Below, in pieces: positions 1 through 12,479 of a stretch of DNA of 64,000 bases. The notes beneath the pieces were generated by a model, which saw nothing but the letters and a program-made list of their open reading frames with translations, did not search any database and was not told the DNA's origin. Each line of letters starts with the position of its first letter. Position 1 is the first letter of the stretch. The position numbers and the translations under genes were made by a program. This DNA comes from Octopus sinensis (taxonomy: Eukaryota): contig NC_043012.1 in NCBI RefSeq assembly GCF_006345805.1, forward strand, positions 14,074,001-14,138,000, read 5' to 3'.

Positions 1-365
1 CCACAAAAAAAGTTAACAACCACCCTAATGATATCCGTCCATAATGTGGGGTTGTTTTACGTCTAAACATCGCTTGAATGGTGAACATAGGGGCCGGATT
101 GAAACATATTTAGGATTCTTTTAGATCTATTTCTTTTGTTGATTCTGTTTCTTTAAATCTCAAATCATATATATATTACTTTTTTATCGTGTTACAAATA
201 AAATTAACTAAGTGATATATTGCAGAACTTTCTCTCAATGTATTTGATAACACCAGTTGATATCCGGATTTTTTTTTAAAAGTCCCTTACAAGGAAATTA
301 CACCCTCAATTTTGAATTACATATATATATATTTTGAATTATATATATATATATATATATATATA

Positions 366-562
366 AAGCTCCACGAAGCTCCGGCAGGAGATGGTGACGA
401 TCCCTGCTGTACTCTTTCGCCACAACTTTCTCTCACGCTTTCTTCTGTTGGCCTGCTCGCTTAGCCAGCGGGGTGGCGTCGTTCGAAGGCTAAAACAATG
501 CGAAGTGCATTGTGACCAGCGATGTGTAGCAACATCTGATAGCCTGGTCGGTCACGGTGATA
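366..562 (+). mobile_element. SINE family A, 5'-truncated (body + tail type 1)
   Basis: Near-identical to the body and tail of the copies at 29612-29857 and 51008-51279 (aagctccacg...ccctgctgtactctttcgccacaac...ctggtcggtcac); flanked by (TA)n and (CATA)n. Confidence 0.85.
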
Positions 563-590
563 TCCATACATACATACATACATACATACA

Positions 591-682
<92 letters not shown>

Positions 683-770
683 CAATACACTCTCCCGTGC
701 CGAACAATCATGCAGATGATTTGTTTATAATGATATGATATTAGTACACATGTCAAATTACGAAATGATC

Positions 771-884
771 GCAGAAATGAAATGTTTTGCTCAAGAACAC
801 AATGCAGTCCCTGGTCTGGGAATCGAACTCACGATCTCGCAATCGTGATTGCAATACCCTAACCCCTAAGATATGCGCCTTCAC
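771..884 (-). mobile_element. SINE 5' fragment (tRNA-like head + CORE-like segment)
   Basis: Shares gaaatg...gttttgctcaagaacacaatgc and the head with the copy at 44660-44888. Confidence 0.7.
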
Positions 885-1867
885 AATATATATACGTGGT
901 TGCATGTGTGTGCGTGCGTGTGTGTAGGTGTGTGTTTTTGCATATGTGCGAGTGCGTTTCTGTGTCTGTGTGTGTATTATCACTTAGCTGTCTATAAACC
1001 ATAAGATAGAAAATAAAACAAAATCAAGATGGTTACACTTTTACACATTCTTGAGTAATATAGCACTTGTTATGGCATATAACTGATGTTACCGTCGCTT
1101 TTGCGCCGACTATCGCAGCTACAGATTTTGATGAGTCTCTGCATAGCCTCTTTTATGATATATCTATCCTCTGGGGCAACAATTTTCCCATTTTGTCTGT
1201 TTGTGCCATGAGAAATAAACAGACTTTACTATTACCTATCCTCTAGTTTATAAAATGAATATCACTTGTAACGGTTTAGCTATCATATGATTAATTACTT
1301 TTGTGTGTGAACGGACTTCATGTGTATGAATCAAATAGCTGTAGAGAAGATTTGGTGTACATTCAATGTGAATTATAGTAAATTATATTAAAGTATATAA
1401 AGCATCACATACCTGAAAATGAAACTACGTATTCTGCCATAATGAGATGGTAGACCAGAACTCAGGTGTATGGCACAGTATGTTAATGTATCATAAATAT
1501 GACATTAACTAAATTCAAAGGGCTACATTAATTAGGATAGGCTGGGATGATGACGTTATCATTTCTCACATAAAATTACGCAATAATCAAATGATTACAG
1601 GACATTAATTAATAATAACATTTAAGGAGTTTATTCTAAACGTTATAAATGCAAATCGCTTTGTCATTTAATTTCCTAAACCTTGTAGTAGGTCTAGAGA
1701 ATAGCTATAACTATCTACAAAGAGGAACGTGAAGCAAGCATATATTAACATCTAAAATCCAGAAATATAACAATCTACGTCAGAAACTCTAAAAATGTAA
1801 ACTTTCCAGTTTAAACTTTTGTTTCCCAGAATATAGGAACTAATTCAACTAGACATTATACGCTAGA

Positions 1868-2653
1868 CTAGCTATTTTGAACCGTGCTTCGCTTGGGTTT
1901 TGGTGGTAATTGCAACCTAATGGTAGCCCCGCCTCACACCATTTCCCACCCCATTTTACCCCTAGTGTAAATTTTGGCGCCAATCCGACCCCATCTACCA
2001 CCCCTTAAAACTTTCCCATCCCCAAATGAGACAAATAACCAGGAAATCAAACTTTTTTGCATTTCAGCTTTATAGATATTGACTCTATTATACATATATA
2101 TATATATGTATATACATTATATATATATTTATACACACACAAATATATATATAAAAATTAACACACTGATTAATAATATCTGTTATGATTGTATGGTGGT
2201 GGTGGGCGATAATAATTCACCGTTCTAAAAGACCTGCGGCGGGAATATTTAAACTTCTGCGGCTGTCAAAGCTTTCTCTCTATAGATACAGACAGACGTA
2301 CAGTGGGAGACGTGGTGGGAGAAAGAGTGAGAGAGAGACGGCGAAAGCGGTGAGTGAATGAGAGTGGAAGGTGTCAAACGTCGTTATAGAGAGAAAGTAG
2401 AGGGAAGGAAGGAAAGAGAGAGATCGAGGAAGACAGGGTGATATCCGAAAGGAGGAACCGATAAACACTTGTCAAAGTCTGTGTTTTGTTGCCCTAGATA
2501 GGGGTTTCTAACCTAGTCCGGTCGCTTCCACGCTTCGTTTTATATGTCTCCGTAAATTTTGGTGCCAATCCGACCCCATCTACCTCCCCTTAAACCCCTC
2601 ACATCCCCAAATGAAAAAACAACTTTTTCGCATTTCAGCTTTAAAGATATTGA
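1868..2653 (+). mobile_element. Helitron/Helentron-like non-autonomous element with duplicated 3' block
   Basis: Starts ACTAGC...ccgtgcttcgcttggg, similar to HINE/DINE-type starts; a ~100-110 bp direct repeat lies at 1968-2081 and 2553-2653 (taaattttgg.gccaatccgaccccatctacc...gcatttcagcttt). Confidence 0.5.
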
Positions 2654-3694
2654 TATAGAATCTCTATAACATTATTGTGGGTTCACCGGACAAACTGTAA
2701 ACGACATCCAGAAATTTAATTGCAGAGTATGATAAATGTGGTCACTTATATCCCAAAAATCATCTCACATGTGCAGTGAGAAAAGCTGTGAAATTTTCCC
2801 TTTTTTTTTCCGAAGCAGTTTCAAGAGCTACAACATAAACCGTAAACTTCATGATTTTAAAATTTCTTGACTCTGAAGCCTTCGAATTTTTCGAGATACT
2901 TTGAAGATTCTTGAGATTTGTGGGATGTTCTAGAAACGTTTTCTTCGAGGTTTTTTAGTTTATGAAGTTTATTAAGCTTTAAATCATTTTTCTAAAGTAA
3001 TTATTTCTTTAAGCGTTTTTTTTTTTTTGAGAATTCTTCAAAAAGATTTCTACAAATTTTTTCATGTTTTTTATCCAGTTCTTCATTGTTTTTAATTTCT
3101 CTTAACTTATTCAGTTACAGTATTCCCTCTTCCTCATTTTACCTTCTTCACCCCTCCTGCTAACAGCGTTGCCCAGTTACGTTTCTATACTATAAACCAT
3201 AAGATCACCCTTGAGAATGAAAGAAAAATCAGCAGAGTTTTTTCGAAATCATTCAATGGAATTGCATTCAGTAAAATAAATAGAAGCCAAGTGCTTGAGA
3301 TAATAGAGCCGACTTTATATCTCCTCATGCCAAAATACCTAATTGGCACTATGCCGAAAAACAATCAATATTTTTAGATTTAGATTGAAATAGTAACACC
3401 TACTCTATAATTTAATTCTAAAATTTGTTAATGTTGCCAGCAGTAGTAGTATTGATGTAAAAATCAGTTTTTTTGTTGGTGTTGTGGTTCTACTTGTTCT
3501 TGTTTTTGCTATTGCTTAACATAGAATGGTCCTTAAAAGACAGACATATGATCAAATCCGTTTATCCCTTGATTATCCTGGTTTTTTGTCCAGATACAGT
3601 GTATCATTATCTAATGGGTTATTCATTTCTAAGCCAGTGGGACGTGATTTGAGAAACATATGATTGCTAATAAGATCAATAGTAATCTTAATAC

Positions 3695-4045
3695 ACCTGG
3701 GCGCCTATGAAACTTGGACAGTGATAACAGAAATCGAAAGAAAAATCCAGGCTACAGTGATGAATTGTTCCAGAAGGATTTGGGGAATATCATAGAGATC
3801 GTGTCACAAATGAGGAAATGGAAAAATGAATAAGGCAGGCAATACGGCCCTAGGAGGATCTTCTTACCACAGTAAAGAAATGCTCAGGTACTTTGGCTAT
3901 GTCACCCGCTCATCAGGGTTGGCCAAAACAGTCCTTCAGAGAACAGCCAAAGGTGGCAGACGTAGAGGCAGAAGAAAGAGACGGGATCTGGTTGCAAGGT
4001 TATCAGTGGTATCCCGACGGCCAGCCACACTACGGGACATGTAAT
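3695..4045 (+). mobile_element. RTE-clade LINE, decayed 3' end
   Basis: Translates ETWT..IERKIQA...RRIWG..S, then LRYFGYVTRSSGLAKTVLQ..KGGRRRGR, typical of the RTE C-terminus. Confidence 0.8.
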
Positions 4046-5744
4046 GGAATAATGGATTCTATTTTTACCGAGCCATACAACTAATTGGGAACTCTATCAT
4101 TGACCCATGTGATAAGATGTTACGAATGATGTCAGCCTCTGGTGTATATAAAAATCTACCAAACGCTATATACATCTCTATGGGCATTACTGACTATGTA
4201 CCAGTTCAATCACTCCTTCATCATCGCTTCCTCTGAAGTGCAACAAGGATTTTAATACTGAAATCATTCACTCTAGAGATGATGAAACAGCAACAGAAAG
4301 GGGGAGAAGGGAGGCAAGACAGAAGACTTAAGAAAGAAAACAGACAGGATGATATGGAGGAAATCAATATTGATTTCATCGTATACTTATATTAACTGAC
4401 AATTTTTGAATTCAGAGAGACTGCTGCTGAGTTTGCTACTGTGTTAAATAATGAGAAAGAAAGGGAGGAAAATTGTAAGAAATGGTAAAAAATAAACAAA
4501 AGAAACAGGCGTTGATAATAAGGATTTACTATAATAAAAAGAAACAGGCTTGGTGACCAAGCAACAATATATATTAAACAAGAAAGCAATTTTGTCAGAA
4601 TTAGGGTACTTAAAATTACTTTGCCATAAATAGTATATGATGTAAAATTAAAACACTAACGCATACATATTTCCACATAAATATATACATACATACATAC
4701 ATACATACATACATAAATTCATACAATTATATCTCTCTAGTATCATTTATCATTTATATTTTACAATACTCTGTAATAACAGACGACATTAAAACAAGAC
4801 AGCCGATAACAGATCCGTGACTGAGTTTTTAGTTATAAACAGATATTTGTATGTATTGATTTATGTCTATTTTAAAACACGAATTATTTTTAATAATCCA
4901 TACACAGCATAAATTTCGCGAGCAGCTTTAGCGGCCTTAGAATTTTGATTAAAAGCAAAAACGAAGGAAGTGTCGAAAATGCTCGTTTTTCTTAACTTGA
5001 CACTCCATTTTAATGATCTGAAAATAAACAAAAATTAACTAAAATTAACTAGAAAAAAAAAGCAAGTAGATTTCAAAATGATTCAAAAATAGAATTCTCG
5101 AAAAAAATAGATTCCAAAATTTCAAAACGCAATAAATTCCAAAATTTATAAAAACGGCGGGAACTTAGTTGCCAACCCAATATATACTAGCAAATGCCCC
5201 CGTCGTCCATTGGACGGTTTCTATAGGTGAAGAGGGTTACGTTGGACGATGTTTGATGATTGTATAGAGTTGTTACTTTTGGTTAGGGCATTAAAGATTC
5301 ATGAGACGCTAAAACTGTTGACTGTTTCTTCTAAATAAGAAAATTTGATTGATAGTGTATCTTAACACAGTGAACCTTTTCAAAATTGTAATGAAGCCAA
5401 TAAAATGAAGGAAGTCTCTTCAGCCCCCCCCCCCTACAACTTTCAGTAGAATCGGACATCATAATTAACCTTAAACTTTTTCTACTCAAACACTTTCACA
5501 TTGGGATAAGCACAATGTACTCTTCCATAGCACATACCTCATGTTGACACTTATACATCAGACTGGATGCTGTTTTATCTCCAAAGTGAATATTGCAAGT
5601 AATATTTAAGCAATAAACAGTTCTTTGGCTTTTGCATTTGATGACTGTTGATTTACGTATTTTATTTCTATTTTCAGTGGCCCCTTGTTAAGAACTACGG
5701 GATAAATAACATCAGTTTCGAATAAAAATATGAATGGAAATTTT

Positions 5745-5760
5745 AATCACAGACACACAA

Positions 5761-5805
<45 letters not shown>

Positions 5806-5990
5806 AGTATATACATACATATATACGACGGGCTTCTTTCAGTTTCCGTCTACCAAATCCCCTCACAAGGATTTGATAGGCTCGAGACGATAGTAGAAGA
5901 CACTTGCCCAAGGTGCCACGCAGTGGGAATGAACCCGGAACTATGTGGGTTGTAAGAAAGCTACTTACCACACTGCCACTCCTGCGCCTA
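5745..5990 (-). mobile_element. SINE family B, 5' half
   Basis: Matches the full copy at 45066-45461 (aggcgcaggagtgg...caccttgggcaagtgtcttcta...gacggaaactgaaagaagccc). Confidence 0.9.
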
Positions 5991-7119
5991 TATATATATA
6001 TATAACACCTTGAGCTTCCGCTTACTTTTCACACCATGCTACTCAAAAACAATCAAGTATAGAATCTATACTTTTATCAAAAACTGGAGAAGCAATAAAG
6101 AAGAGAATCGATAACAGAGGAAGGTAAATAAGTGCGCCAACAAGAAAAGAGAAAAAAGGAAAATTACATGAAATAAATTAAAATTTCTACAGGAAAGGGG
6201 AAAATGATTTACAAAGTATGCAGATAAATTTGCTCGTAAACACTTGTTTCAAACATAATGGTACCAATCATTATTTGCACTTACCTATATACACGTTATG
6301 ATATCAGCGAAAACAAAAATTACTTATGGTTTAAGTTAAAGTTTTGATGATTAGAAACCAAATCGCGATCTCTTCATGTGACAAGAAGTGTGAGGCTTTT
6401 CCAGGAAAAAAATTGATTTCTTTCGAAAGGTAAAGAAAAGCAATTTCTTCATCTCTAAACTGCAAAATGCAAGCAACACACACACACACACATCTGTATA
6501 TATATAGGCACATACACATATATACATTCAAGCATATTCACACAGAATTACATATACGTGTATGCATGCACGTGTGTCTGTACTTTAAATTCTAGAGTCT
6601 GTTTCTTTTCTGTAGAAATCTTCGTATATCAATTGCAGCCATCGTTCTCAGGATTCATTCCATCTCTTGAATTTTTAGAAAGATGATCCTCTTGTTTCAA
6701 TCATTGTTTCCTTCTTCAGTTACAGCCCACAATTTGTGTTTGGTATGACTGAAAACAGAAACGGTATAAACGGCAACATGGAGAACAAAGAGTATTCTTT
6801 TCATAATCTCTCGGAATTCTTGCAGTTTCGGCTTTCAATGTAATACGTCTTTTCCTTCGCAAACGCCAACGACTGTGCAGACGATACGACTTTTAGGGAT
6901 TGATCCATGAAATACAAACAAAAATAAATAACATGGTGATGTTGGGATATAGTAGGTCAAAGGTGGAGTGAACGCGCTAGGGATCCAGACAAAACATATA
7001 ACAAACAAAATAGTCAAGCCTTAATGAGAAGGACAAAATGAAAATGGAAGTAAAACATATCTCTTTAGATTTCTACAGGAGAAATTTGAATAGACATGAC
7101 TAAGTGCTTAAGAAATAAG

Positions 7120-7445
7120 AAGTTCGTTTTGAAACCACGTAGATTTCGATTCAATATCACTGTGCGGCACCTTGGGCAAGTATCCTCTTTTACATCTCCA
7201 GGCCAAGTAGTACCTTTTGTGAGACTTTGATAAAGGAAATTGTGTGGAAACTCGTTGTATGTATGCTCGTGCGAGTTTGTGTGTGCTTGTGTGTGCGTGT
7301 GTATGCATGGGCGTTTGTCAACCACCACGGTCTGACATAAAAAGTAGGCTGTTTTAGCGGTTTGCCAAAGTGAACAGTCGAATAAGGCCCGGACTGAAGT
7401 ACTGGGGTCGATTTGTCTGTTTAAACTCTTCTAGGCGATGTCTAG
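7120..7445 (+). mobile_element. SINE family B, diverged copy
   Basis: ggcaccttgggcaagt core, internal (GT)n and gtactggggtcgattt segment. Confidence 0.7.
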
Positions 7446-7868
7446 TTTTAGGAGGTTCTGCAGCATACAATTTATTTAGAATAATGAGCGAAAAGGAGTA
7501 ATCTTTACAGGTCGGATGAATAAGAACGTGTATGTTTGAGTAATGAGAAACAACGATATTGAATATGTTTTTCTTTTACTCTAATATTAAGATGTGATGT
7601 ACATAGAATAATCAAACGGAAAAAGAAAGAAAAATTAAATGCATTTTACTTCTCTACAGCATATTTCTACTAAAATCATGTAATGGAGGCGAACACTTTT
7701 CTTCATGTGATCGGCTTGAAAAATTAAGTCACTAGGATATTATCATACATTTCTTAACATGAAACCAATGGTAGCCTTAATTCACAAATAAAGAAATTAT
7801 ATCCACCAATGCGGTGTTAAGCACTCATTTTCATCGTTCTGCATTTACGTGTATATATATTTATATAC

Positions 7869-7984
7869 GATGGATGGGTGGATGGATGGATGGATGGATG
7901 GATGGATGGATGAATGGGTGGATGGATGGATGGATGGGTGGATGGATGGGAGGATGGATGGGTGGATGGGAGGATGGATGGGTG

Positions 7985-8075
<91 letters not shown>
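7869..8075. repeat. Compound (GGAT)n-(AGAT)n microsatellite
   Basis: Direct reading. Confidence 0.95.
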
Positions 8076-8076
<1 letters not shown>

Positions 8077-8085
8077 TCACCGTTT

Positions 8086-8880
8086 TCATCATTATTTAAA
8101 GTCCTCTCTCCATACTTGCATGAGTTAGACGGTTTGACTGGAGCTGATAAGCCGGAGAGCTGCACCAGCTTCCAGTTTGATATAGCGTGGTTTCTACGGC
8201 TGGATATTCTTCCTAAGGCCAACAACACCAGGAGTGTAATGGGTGATTTTGTCACCGGCACGGGTGCCATTTAATTGATCCCGGCAACGACCACGGCTAT
8301 GATTCATGGGTGCTATTTGCATGGCACCGTTAACGACCTCGACGATTCATGACTGCCTTTTACATGGTACCGGCAACGACCACGTGCACGATTCACGGGA
8401 CCCCTTTACATGGCTCCATCAACGAAACGACCAGAACTACGATTCACAGATGCTATTTACCTGGCACCATGAACGACAACGGCTACGACTACGATTCACT
8501 GGTGCCATTTACGAGGCACCAGTTAACGGCCCAACTCCGATTTTACAGGTGTCATTTACATAGCACCGGCAATAGGCACGAATACGATTCACGGGTGCCA
8601 ATTACACGACACCGGCAAGGCCACAACTACGATTTCACTTAGCCTGGCGAGTCTTCTCACGCACAGTATATCGCCAGAGGTCTCGGTCACTTGCCATCAC
8701 CTCCGTAGGGCCTAATATTCGAATATTTTGCTTCACCATTTCGTTCCATGTCTTCTGGATCTACCTATTCCACAGGTTCTCTCCAGAGTTAGAGATCGGC
8801 AGTTCTTTCACAGCTGTCCTCGTCCGTACGCATCACATGACCATACCATCGCAGTCATCTCTCTTGCCCACTACATCTGC
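8086..8880 (-). mobile_element. RTE-clade LINE 3' end with 3'UTR
   Basis: 8880-8640 translates (with frameshifts) LRWYGHVM..DEDSC...KTWNEMVKQ...DRDLWRY.VREKTRQAK; the 3'UTR runs to a short TGA-type tail near 8090. Confidence 0.85.
8259..8635. repeat. Minisatellite, 8 diverged units of ~43-52 bp, each with a hairpin
   Basis: Consensus ~cacgggtgccatttacatggcaccggcaacgaccacgactacgatt; ggtgccat/atggcacc is an inverted repeat. Confidence 0.9.
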
Positions 8881-9766
8881 CTGATGCCTTTTGTGCGTTT
8901 TTCAATAACGTGTAGTTTATTCTAATTAATATTCATGCGATACTCAATATATAGACACAATTATTACAGGAGCAATGCAACCCACTTCGGAAAGAAGGCA
9001 TTTTTAAATGTTGGTCTAAGTAATATCCACACACTGAGATAAAAGTAACAACTAAGAAAAAGCCAATAACAGCTCCTATCTTGGTATTTGAAAGTGCCTG
9101 CAGAGAGTTAACCGTATCGCTGTTAAATACAGAAAATATCAAATGGAAGCCTAGAGTCCTCCTAAACAATAATTGCAAACGATGTGAACAAATAGCAAAT
9201 ACGCCATAGTATTTGAGTGCGAGTATGCACATACCAACTGAGTCCTTTTATGTAATTCACGTCCAATCAGCGTAACAGAAGTAGTTCAAACAAAATTTCC
9301 CGGTCAATGAATTGAAATGCTGCAAACAAAATAAATTTATTTTACACTTAAATAATTTAAACAAGTAAGAGATTTCAATACACGAAAACCCATTTACATA
9401 TGATGTCCAGTCAGTTTGACGTCCTAATGGCGTTACTATTTCCTTATCGCTGCATCACAAAATATAACACAAAACATCTATCGCTTGAGGAAATGAGTTA
9501 AAACTTTCAAAGACCAAATATAGAAAAACAGAAACTTGTTAAGAAATCAATTACGTTGAAAATTCAGTGATTCTTTTACTGAACTGTGAACAATCTTTCT
9601 GAAAGAATATATAAATACCAACTTACAATCATATCTACATACACAAATCATACATATATACATAAGTACACAATGCACCAATACACACAGATATCTAAGT
9701 GTGCATTTATAAGTGTGTGTGTTAGTGAGTCTGTCTACAGGGAGAGACAGACAGATGTATGGGCAA

Positions 9767-9820
9767 CATATATATATATATATACGTATATAAAGCCGGA
9801 TTTTTGGAGACCTTCCATCC

Positions 9821-9875
<55 letters not shown>

Positions 9876-9893
9876 ACATATATATGTATATTC

Positions 9894-9930
<37 letters not shown>

Positions 9931-9982
9931 ATATATATATATACATATATACATATATATATATACATATATATACATGTGT

Positions 9983-10016
<34 letters not shown>

Positions 10017-10061
10017 TAATATATACATATATACATTTATATATTTGTATACATATGTATG

Positions 10062-10129
<68 letters not shown>

Positions 10130-10135
10130 TATATA
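9767..10135. repeat. Long imperfect (TA)n microsatellite
   Basis: Direct reading; contains a 35-bp foreign insert (see findings). Confidence 0.95.
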
Positions 10136-10242
10136 AATTGGGACAACAAAGGAATAAACAAATATGTTATAGACTTCATTAGCTTACAGTTGTTTCAGCT
10201 AGAAGTAGCATTTCTATCATAGTTAAGATCTTGAATATCACG

Positions 10243-11457
10243 TACGCGAAGTTCCCGGAGTAGATATGCTTCATAAAAAACAACTTATTTGCCTAAGTTT
10301 TAACATCATCTCCTACAAAATAATGTACCTTGCGCTGCCGGTATCCGTGTTCTTGTCACTTTGGAATCTGGCTGGAAGTCGTTTTCTGTAGGTAAGTCTT
10401 GTGCAATTCTCTCTGGATCTCGACATTGGTGTTAAAACAGTGACTTTGAGCTGCCATTTCATCTTAGGGAAGTGACGTAAGTCCGCAGATGCTAAATCTA
10501 CCGAATGGAGCAGAGGCGGAAGCGATACGGTGTTGTGTCTGGCGAGAAACTCACGCGTGAGGAGAGCACGGTGACAGTGTCGTTCCACACAGATCCGTTT
10601 GCTTTCACCGAATGTCTTCCCTAAAATTCTTCAAAATGTCGTAGTAAGATTCTCGATTGATGGTCTATCCCTGGCGAACGAATTCTTGATGCACAATATC
10701 GCGGATGTCGAAGGAAAAAAATGAGCATGCTCTTAAATGAGCTGCGGCTCTGTCATGCCTTTTTCGGTCGTGGAGACTTCCATTGTAGCGATAGGTAATT
10801 CGTCATTGGATCATACGCGTAGACTCAACTCTCATCACTGGTGATGATCCTCAACATGGAGGATGGGTCATCAGCTGTACGCTGACGGAGATCTTCACAG
10901 ACTTCGTCGCGCTTTTCTTTTTGCCGTATGTTCAATTGAGACGTCAAAATTTCCTGCACGAACCTATATAATAGTCCATCAACATCAGCAATGTCGTTGA
11001 TTGTCCCCCGACGATCCTCAGACACAAGTGGATGCATTTGCTCTACTTTTCCGGAGATGTCGCTCATGGTATAACTTCCAGATTGCTCAACTTCTTCCAG
11101 GGACATACTTCTACTTTCGAAGTGCCCGTATTACTCGGAACATTGTGTACGATCCATGGGTCCGTCGCCGTAAACTTGCCAAAACATGCTCAATGTATCT
11201 GTAGCAGATTTCTCAAGTTTAAACGTAAATTTTCACATCGAGTTTTTTTGCAATTCCCTGTCCATGAAAAAATCGCAGACTACAGCATACACGTGATCAC
11301 AAAAACTCAAATCTCACAATTAGCGAAGTAAACCCAGTGATGTCACCCGGCACATTACCTCATAAAGGCCACTGCTATCTCTCATTATGCACTCAACTGT
11401 ATAATACCATCTTCCCGCTACGAACTAAACCAGGAACATTTTGATACCACCTTTGTA
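10243..11457 (-). mobile_element. Tc1/mariner (mariner-type) transposon, pseudogenised
   Basis: Transposase fragments KLEKSATDT.., EDRRGTINDIA, RIITSDES*VYAYD, HSVDLASAD..FPKMK; degraded termini (tacg..aagttcccgg / ccaggaacattttgataccacctttgta); length ~1.2 kb. Confidence 0.9.
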
Positions 11458-11549
11458 TCTTGGACTTAGCAATGTCTAAGAAAAATATCATTACACACAC
11501 TCATACACACACATGATGAAAAATATATGTGTGTGTGTGCTTTGCAATG

Positions 11550-11590
<41 letters not shown>

Positions 11591-12016
11591 CAGTGGAGAT
11601 GGGAATGCTTTTTAGTATTCCGTTATTCCATTCCAAATCTCATGGTATCATCATCTTACTATAGAGTATTTTTTTAATATTATTGTTGTTACTATTTGTT
11701 GGTGTGCGCGATCGCTTGCGTGCATCTATCTCTGCTACCGATCCTACTACCGTCGATAAATGCAATAATGAAAATGGGAAAATAAACATGAATAACATGT
11801 GGCTGTCGTTACCTGAAATAACCGAAATTGAGGAAGAATAAATAAAATCATGAGCAGAAAATTGTACATTTTACAAGAATCTATATTTTCGTTATCAGTC
11901 GCATTATAATATTCGTCACTTATAACTCATGCATCGCTTTGATCTGAACTTTTCCTTTCGTCTCTTAATATATGCACATATTTTCCTGTTTTATGGACTT
12001 TTGTTTCTAAAATAAC

Positions 12017-12048
<32 letters not shown>

Positions 12049-12260
12049 CATCATTGCTCCTACCATCATTATCATTATCTTCATCATCATCAACGCCAGA
12101 ACCAACAACAACATCAAGAACAAGAGCAAGAACAAGAAAGAAAAATACACCATAAATGGTATATGTCATTCTGTCATTGGTAGATAGATTAAAATTGTAC
12201 GTTGGCTTACAAAGAAGGAAAGAGAAGCAGGAGATTGCCAAATACCATCGTATGTTGGAA

Positions 12261-12286
12261 ATGATGATGATGATGATGATGATGAC

Positions 12287-12350
<64 letters not shown>
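12261..12350. repeat. (GAT)n trinucleotide microsatellite
   Basis: Direct reading; source of the spurious poly-M, poly-I and poly-S ORFs. Confidence 0.95.
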
Positions 12351-12352
<2 letters not shown>

Positions 12353-12479
12353 AAGAATGATAAAGCGGACGAGGAAGGAGATGCGGAAGAAGCTAGGAAA
12401 CATACAATTACTGTTTGAATGTTTACAGCTGCTTCTGACTTGATATTTAAGCAATTTTGGTAACTTCTGATTCCTGTAG

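Noticed and set aside
6676-6892. Minus-strand frame with RRKRR and CSPCC...C resembling a peptide precursor
   Set aside because: In-frame TAA lies directly upstream, and the cysteine spacing does not fit insulin A chains
8259-8635. CRISPR-like look (repeated hairpins with variable linkers)
   Set aside because: The linkers are homologous to each other rather than unique spacers; the context is a eukaryotic LINE 3'UTR and no cas genes are present
10180-10230. GAAACAACTGTA half-hammerhead on the minus strand
   Set aside because: No CUGANGA partner, and the palindrome is broken
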